DNA of 13,691 bases. It comes from an uncultured Spirochaetota bacterium (GTDB lineage: Bacteria; Spirochaetota; Spirochaetia; SZUA-6; Fen-1364). Positions within the stretch are counted from its first letter, which is position 1; each line of letters opens with the position of its first letter. The position numbers and the translations under genes were made by a program. Positions 8,201-13,691 of this stretch are shown piece by piece. The stretch covers positions 1 to 13,691 of the forward strand of contig CAVUXE010000024.1 of NCBI GenBank assembly GCA_963745235.1. Reading direction: 5' to 3'. The notes below the pieces were generated by a model. It ran no database searches. It had not been told where the DNA came from and saw nothing but the letters and a program-made list of their open reading frames with translations.

Positions 8201-10423
8201 GGATGAGGAGACTGGCGTGTGTTGGACGCCGACTGCATCCCCCATCCGGGAAGAAGCAGCGTACCGAACACGCCACGGCGCGGGGTACACCGTCTTCGAG
8301 CACAACAGCAACGGCATCAGCCAGGAGCTGACAGTGTTTGTCCCCATGGACCCTGAAGGGGGACAGCCGGTCAAGCTGCAGCGGCTCCGTTTGAAAAACG
8401 ACTCTTCCCGATCCCGCACGCTCTCGCTGACGTGGTATGTCGAGTGGGTGCTTGGCGAGCATCGGGAGACCTCGCAGATGCACATCGTCACGGGATGGGA
8501 CGACGAGATCCAGGCCCTGACGGCTCGAAATGTATTCCATCCGGAGCGCGCGGATCGTATCGCATTCGCGGCGCTCAGCGTCGGGGTGGAATCGTGGAGC
8601 GGCGACCGCACCACGTTCCTGGGGCGCAACGGTTCTTTGAAATCCCCGGCGAGCAATGGAGCGGACATCCCTGTCGGGCCGTACGGGAGCGGGGTTCGAT
8701 CCCTGCGCGGCGCTGCGGACGATCCTCGAGCTGGCGCCCGGTGAGCAGACAGAAGTGGCATGCATGCTCGGTGAGGTGGAGTCGCGTGAGGCGGCGCGCA
8801 CCATGGTCTACTCCTATCGCACGACCGGGGTCGACGCGGCGCTGGAAGAAACGAAGGCCTGGTGGAACGAGCTTCTGGGCACGGTGGAAGCGCATACGCC
8901 CGAGCTTTCCGTTGACTTCCTCATCAATCGATGGATGGTGTACCAGAGCCTGAGCTGCCGGGTATGGGGACGGTCTGCGTTCTACCAGTCGGGAGGCGCG
9001 TTCGGCTTCCGCGACCAGCTTCAGGACATCATGGCTCTCCTGTACGCCGCGCCCTCCCTGGCGCGTGATCACATCATCCTTGCGGCGAGCAGGCAGTTCC
9101 GGGAGGGAGACGTCCAGCACTGGTGGCATCCGCCGAGCGGAGATGGGATCCGATCACGCATCTCGGACGATCTGTTATGGCTGCCATTTGTTGCTGCGCA
9201 ATACCTGCGAGTCACAGGCGATTCAGAAATCCTGAGCGCGCAGGTTCCCTTCCTCGACGGTCCAACGCTGAGAGAGGATCAGCATGAAGCCTTTTTTACC
9301 CCAACGGCCACGGCGGAGACTGCCACGCTTTTCGAGCATTGCCGGCGCGCTGTTGCCCACGGCCTGACTGCCGGGCCGCACGGCCTTCCCCTCATGGGAA
9401 CGGGGGACTGGAATGACGGAATGAACCTCGTCGGCGCAGAAGGGAGGGGAGAGAGCTCCTGGCTGGGCTGGTTCCTCGTGGATGTCCTGACAGGGATGTC
9501 TGAAATGTCCGAGGCGCTGGGCAGGACAGACTCGAAAGCTGAATACCTTCACCAGAGGGACGAGCTTGAGCGCCCGGATCGAGCGAGCCGCGTGGGATGG
9601 GGATTGGTACATACGGGGGATTTTCGATGACGGCTCTCTCCTGGGCTCGTCGCGCAATTCCGAGGCGCGGATCGACTCCCTTCCCCAGTCCTGGGCTTCC
9701 TTGAGCGGTGGCGCGGACGGGGGTCGGGCAGGCAAGGCGCTGGAGTCCGCCTGGTCCCAGCTCGTTCGGCAGGAGGACGGGCTGGCGCTGCTTTTCACGC
9801 CCCCTTTTGACAAAGCCGTACCGTCGCCCGGGTACATACGGGCCTACCCGCCAGGGGTTCGAGAAAATGGAGGCCAGTATACGCACGCCGCGGTATGGCT
9901 TGCCATGGCCCTGGCTCGCCAGGGAGACGGCACCCGCGCAGAGAAGCTGTTGCGGATGCTCAACCCCGTCGAACAGACGCGGGATCCGGAGTCCGTGCAG
10001 CGGTACTCTGTTGAGCCGTACGCGATTGCCGCGGACGTTTACCGCTTGCCTGGACGCATCGGCCGCGGCGGCTGGTCATGGTATACCGGCTCCGCGGCAT
10101 GGATGTACCGCGCCTGGGTGGAGGAGGTGCTCGGCCTGAAAGTGCGTGGAAACAAATTGCTGGTGGAGCCCGTCATCCCCGGCTGGTGGAGCGGATTTTC
10201 CGTGCAGTATCGTCATGGGAAGGCGCTCTATGCGGTCCGCGTAGAGAACCCCGAGGGCTGCGAGCGCGGCGTTTCCCGCATCGAGATGGACGGCAGATGC
10301 ATCGAGGATGGACTCATCCCCCTGACGCGAGACCTGGTCAGACACGAGGTCCTGGTACGCATGGGAATCCACGCTGAGAACCAAACTGCCGTCACACCAT
10401 CCGCTTCTCGCGTCGAACCCTGA
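1265..10423 (+). CDS. ndvB: Cyclic beta-1,2-glucan synthase (Cgs/NdvB/ChvB family), full gene interrupted by three +1 frameshifts; about 3050 aa when repaired; start codon uncertain
   Basis: Four consecutive overlapping ORFs give the canonical domain order: GT84 glycosyltransferase, six hydrophobic segments, glycoamylase-like cyclase domain, two GH94 beta-sandwich regions, then the GH94 catalytic barrel. Removing one base at about 5250, at 8652 and at about 9566 joins them into one frame (9159-3 = 9156 nt). Confidence 0.9.
1269..1354. repeat. 86-nt imperfect inverted repeat closed by a perfect 9-bp stem
   Basis: TGATACGTG (1269-1277) is the exact reverse complement of CACGTATCA (1346-1354). 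Nested inner pairings: 1281-1285/1337-1341, 1288-1293/1325-1330, 1299-1302/1317-1320, 1304-1306/1314-1316. Confidence 0.5.
1274..1289. promoter_or_regulatory. CRP/FNR-family (CRP-type) binding site candidate
   Basis: CGTGA-TCAGAT-TCACA matches 9 of 10 core positions of TGTGA-N6-TCACA with the exact spacing, in the divergent araC/cgs control region. Confidence 0.5.
5028..8744 (+). CDS. ndvB: Cgs fragment 2: remainder of the glycoamylase-like (GH144-related, GH189-type transglycosylase) domain and GH94 N-terminal beta-sandwich regions; coding in this frame from about 5250 to 8651
   Basis: Motifs FLYDPERRLFSIGYN, YDLLASEARL, LLSWTGTMFEYLMP, PWGISES, YQYKAFGVPQLGLK, APYAS, YMAHHQGM, LLSNARYSVMLTNAGGGYS, HPAFNKLFVQTE, LWQYGISGDVPI, FNGIGGF, GDRTTFLGRNG. 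Confidence 0.88.
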   Translation: MPCGPSNKGSSGCSGNQSSTMQPFPASWMQEESCDESWGGAGRRAPARRLSPRSWANGKAGRLGLSTPSVFFESGEEELRAIAGPGEDRDYWAGQLEKQSSAWRHVVDRYLRWMEILAEKSEEEILSLGPEAAEAVSQTLSRAPSLSDLANGSVRCIPVLQRMRETAAPADPLCAWLDRVLQAFSTSRWLAGEILGLAERLITDCGALSEQINMRFLYDPERRLFSIGYNVSEGRRDGAFYDLLASEARLGSFVAIARGDVPFEHWFSLSRPYTSVGRRRVLLSWTGTMFEYLMPLIFQASLPNTLLEEAARGAVAVQMEHARRHHVPWGISESTFADLDINRVYQYKAFGVPQLGLKRETEEKVVVAPYASLLAVGFAPLETMRNLRRLAALGLLSSHGYYDAIDFSRQPGRAGGKGVVVQAYMAHHQGMSFLSLTNFLFQGAIRGRFRADGRVRAVEPLLHERVPVLRSLHHISTRERAQAAASVGEIAASTTTFDTAHTRTPKTQLLSNARYSVMLTNAGGGYSQWGALEITRWRSDRTRDPWGTFFYINEPDSGETWSATFQPCGGPDESCSTSFALDRAEFKRTDNGIHTRTEVVVSPEDDVEIRRITLVNRSLRTRVLECTSYVELSMAPHAADRQHPAFNKLFVQTEALPQLHALLAFRRPPGQDAPSMYVAHRVTVEAAEQEPLRFETDRRTFIGRGRTLANPRGSAEEPHNSEGYVLDPVLSIRTRVRLAPGQHVVLSLVLAAAESREHALRLMAKYADPHAIDRAMDFAWAAAQLELRVLRIQPDDARRFQQLASHLLYPNRLLRSAAERIEENVKGQAGLWQYGISGDVPIALVTINEIRDVGLVGQMLQGHAYWRMHGLIADLLIIAEEASTYERPVHERLEALIQAHSTHTGRDKPGGVFLRSADQIPEADLTLLHAAASVVLVGARGALPQQVGIPGEAPEPPQRPAWKRASEDPSSPLPFLELPYFNGIGGFTQDGREYAIYLGAGTHTPDPWVNIMANPTFGTLASESGAGFTWSGNSQRNRLSTWSNDPVTDPASEVLYVRDEETGVCWTPTASPIREEAAYRTRHGAGYTVFEHNSNGISQELTVFVPMDPEGGQPVKLQRLRLKNDSSRSRTLSLTWYVEWVLGEHRETSQMHIVTGWDDEIQALTARNVFHPERADRIAFAALSVGVESWSGDRTTFLGRNGSLKSPASNGADIPVGPYGSGVRSLRGAADDPRAGAR
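8656..9630 (+). CDS. ndvB: Cgs fragment 3: GH94 phosphorylase catalytic domain, first part; true frame ends near 9565
   Basis: LSGRTGAGFDPCAAL, FYQSGGAFGFRDQLQD, GDVQHWWHP, RISDDLLWLP, GTGDWNDGMN (GH94 catalytic Asp motif, ~9400-9425), GESSWLGWFL. Confidence 0.88.
   Translation: MERTSLSGRTGAGFDPCAALRTILELAPGEQTEVACMLGEVESREAARTMVYSYRTTGVDAALEETKAWWNELLGTVEAHTPELSVDFLINRWMVYQSLSCRVWGRSAFYQSGGAFGFRDQLQDIMALLYAAPSLARDHIILAASRQFREGDVQHWWHPPSGDGIRSRISDDLLWLPFVAAQYLRVTGDSEILSAQVPFLDGPTLREDQHEAFFTPTATAETATLFEHCRRAVAHGLTAGPHGLPLMGTGDWNDGMNLVGAEGRGESSWLGWFLVDVLTGMSEMSEALGRTDSKAEYLHQRDELERPDRASRVGWGLVHTGDFR
9566..10423 (+). CDS. ndvB: Cgs fragment 4: GH94 phosphorylase catalytic domain, C-terminal part
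   Basis: AWDGDWYIRG, IDSLPQSWA, GYIRAYPPGVRENGGQYTHAA, EPYAIAADVY, GRGGWSWYTGSAAWMYR. Stop TGA at 10421-10423. Confidence 0.88.
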   Translation: MSARIERAAWDGDWYIRGIFDDGSLLGSSRNSEARIDSLPQSWASLSGGADGGRAGKALESAWSQLVRQEDGLALLFTPPFDKAVPSPGYIRAYPPGVRENGGQYTHAAVWLAMALARQGDGTRAEKLLRMLNPVEQTRDPESVQRYSVEPYAIAADVYRLPGRIGRGGWSWYTGSAAWMYRAWVEEVLGLKVRGNKLLVEPVIPGWWSGFSVQYRHGKALYAVRVENPEGCERGVSRIEMDGRCIEDGLIPLTRDLVRHEVLVRMGIHAENQTAVTPSASRVEP

Positions 10424-10449
10424 GTCGCGGCTGCGTTCCACGAGCCTCG
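10424..10449. terminator. Weak imperfect hairpin between convergent cgs and katG stop codons; possible bidirectional terminator or pause site
   Basis: CGcGGCTgCGT-TCC-ACGAGCCtCG fills the 26-nt gap; there is no U-tract on either strand. Confidence 0.25.
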
Positions 10450-12662
<2,213 letters not shown>

Positions 12663-12668
<6 letters not shown>

Positions 12669-12691
12669 GGGCAGAAACAGGAAGCCGTCAA
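12663..12691 (-). promoter_or_regulatory. Sigma70-type katG promoter overlapping the perR stop codon
   Basis: Minus strand TTGACG (12691-12686, contains the perR TGA), 17-nt spacer, AATAAT (12668-12663). Confidence 0.65.
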
Positions 12692-13107
12692 GCTTTCTTC
12701 GCGCATTTCGGGCATAATCCGTAGAACTCGACTGCGTGCCTGTGTACCTGGAAACCCTCGGAGGTCGGAACCTGCTTGTCGAGGCCGCGCTGGACAGGGA
12801 GCTTCAGATCGATGATTGCATCGCACCTTTCGCAGATGAAATGGTAGTGTTCGGTGACATTCGCGTCAAGGCGGTCGAAGGTGCTGCCGAAGGCAATTCT
12901 ACCGATCAGGCCCTGGTGGACGAGAATTCCAATGTTTCTGTAGATGGTTCCTATACTGAGGTTGGGGAACTCCTTCTTCAGCCTTCCGAACAGCCAGTTT
13001 GCGGTGGGATGGGTGTCCGTTGATCGCAGGAGAGCAAGAATTTTTTCGCGCTGCTTGCTTCGCCTGTAGGGCGGACGCTTGTCAGATTTCTTGCGATTCT
13101 CTGCCAT
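12688..13107 (-). CDS. perR: Fur-family transcriptional repressor, PerR type (peroxide sensor), 139 aa
   Basis: RRSKQREKIL, HPTA, SIGTIYRNI, RLDAN, HYHFICERCDAIIDL, FYGLCPKC. It has two CxxC structural Zn motifs and a His/Asp/His/His/Asp regulatory-site pattern as in Bacillus subtilis PerR (H37, D85, H91, H93, D104), not the Glu ligands of Fur, and lies immediately upstream of katG. Start placed at ATG 13107. Confidence 0.85.
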   Translation of the reverse strand: MAENRKKSDKRPPYRRSKQREKILALLRSTDTHPTANWLFGRLKKEFPNLSIGTIYRNIGILVHQGLIGRIAFGSTFDRLDANVTEHYHFICERCDAIIDLKLPVQRGLDKQVPTSEGFQVHRHAVEFYGLCPKCAKKA

Positions 13108-13118
13108 TGGACCCCGCA

Positions 13119-13147
13119 ATTGTACCTGAGTCGGATCGAGACTGCAA
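13119..13147 (-). promoter_or_regulatory. Sigma70-type perR promoter
   Basis: Minus strand TTGCAG (13147-13142), 17-nt spacer, TACAAT (13124-13119); 11 nt separate the -10 element from the ATG at 13107. Confidence 0.6.
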
Positions 13148-13187
13148 TCCAGGGGGCGGTGAGGGTTCGGCGGGTCGGGCGACCGAG

Positions 13188-13691
13188 TCAGCGCTGCGGG
13201 TGTTCGAATGCGCACAGCCGCAGGAGATCTTCCACCTCCTCCTCGATCAGCTTTCCCTCGGCGCGGTAGACCGCGTCGGCGGCTTCGTAGTACTTCGACC
13301 GTTCCCGTGACCACATCAGGTGGACGTCCTCTTCCAGCGTGGTTCCCGGGTTCACGCGAGGGCGGTCAGCAGCCTGGACACGGCGCACGAGCTCCGCCTC
13401 GGAGACCTCAAGCAGGATCACCCTGCCGGTTCCCCGCAGCAGGTCCCGTTCTTCACTCGTAGCGGACCGTCCCTCCACCAAGGCAGATCACAGAGTCCCT
13501 GCGCTGTGCCAGGTCCTTGCAGATGGAGTACTCGAGCTCCCGGAAGGCGAGCCACCCTTTCTCCTTTACGAGCATGTGAAACGAATGGCCCAGACGCCGG
13601 TCCATCTCCTCGTCGAGGTCGAAAAAGGGCCTGTCGAGGCGATGCGCCAGCAGGCGCCCGAGAGTGGTCTTTCCCGACCCGATCATCCCGG
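13188..13691 (-). CDS. aroK: Shikimate kinase (AroK/AroL family), 5' end outside the window, interrupted by a +1 frameshift near 13449-13455
   Basis: ORF 13453-13686 plus the edge codon gives Walker A GMIGSGKTT, DLD, GWLAFRELE and CLGGG. ORF 13188-13481 continues with RDLLRGTGRVILLE, LVRRV...RP (lid) and RSKYYEAAD. Confidence 0.85.

Noticed and set aside
6921-8804. 627-aa minus-strand ORF, and similar long antisense ORFs at 2258-3622, 4046-5050 and 5850-6809
   Set aside because: They lie wholly antisense to motif-rich cgs coding sequence, show no recognisable motifs, and are the expected shadow ORFs of GC-rich codon usage.
5240-9572. Programmed ribosomal frameshifting or a four-gene operon
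   Set aside because: There is no shared slippery sequence or obvious stimulatory structure, the breaks fall inside domains, downstream fragments lack SD-start pairs, and the same lesion type occurs in unrelated aroK.
13148-13187. GC-rich hairpin after the aroK stop as an intrinsic terminator
   Set aside because: Only a 4-5 bp stem (GGTC-GCCC-GACC) with no U-tract.
13108-13314. 69-aa N-terminal extension of PerR in the ORF track
   Set aside because: Low-complexity Arg/Pro/Gly sequence that overlaps aroK and a good promoter; the Fur fold begins after ATG 13107.

Overview
GC-rich bacterial window with six protein-coding loci and no CRISPR array, rRNA/tRNA or transposase. From left to right: (i) the 5' end of a sugar ABC transporter substrate-binding protein gene (- strand, runs off the left edge, missed by the ORF track), with a strong sigma70-like promoter and a perfect palindrome in its leader; (ii) an AraC-family regulator (-); (iii) a divergent, roughly 9.2 kb cyclic beta-1,2-glucan synthase gene (cgs/ndvB/chvB type; GT84 + cyclase/glycoamylase-like + GH94 domains; about 3050 aa once repaired) split into four ORFs by three +1 frameshifts; (iv) a convergent, intact catalase-peroxidase katG; (v) a PerR-type Fur-family regulator directly upstream of katG; (vi) a shikimate kinase gene (-, truncated by the right edge) with a fourth +1 frameshift. 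The four same-direction frameshifts are most simply read as sequencing or assembly insertion errors. The most unusual non-coding signals are an 86-nt imperfect hairpin containing a CRP-like box between araC and cgs, a katG promoter built on the perR stop codon and overlapped by a Fur/Per-like box, and a nearly leaderless perR promoter. The Cgs also carries an extra N-terminal membrane module. I found no clear evidence of a wholly new system; the findings are hypotheses, and all family assignments come from motif recognition, not database searches.
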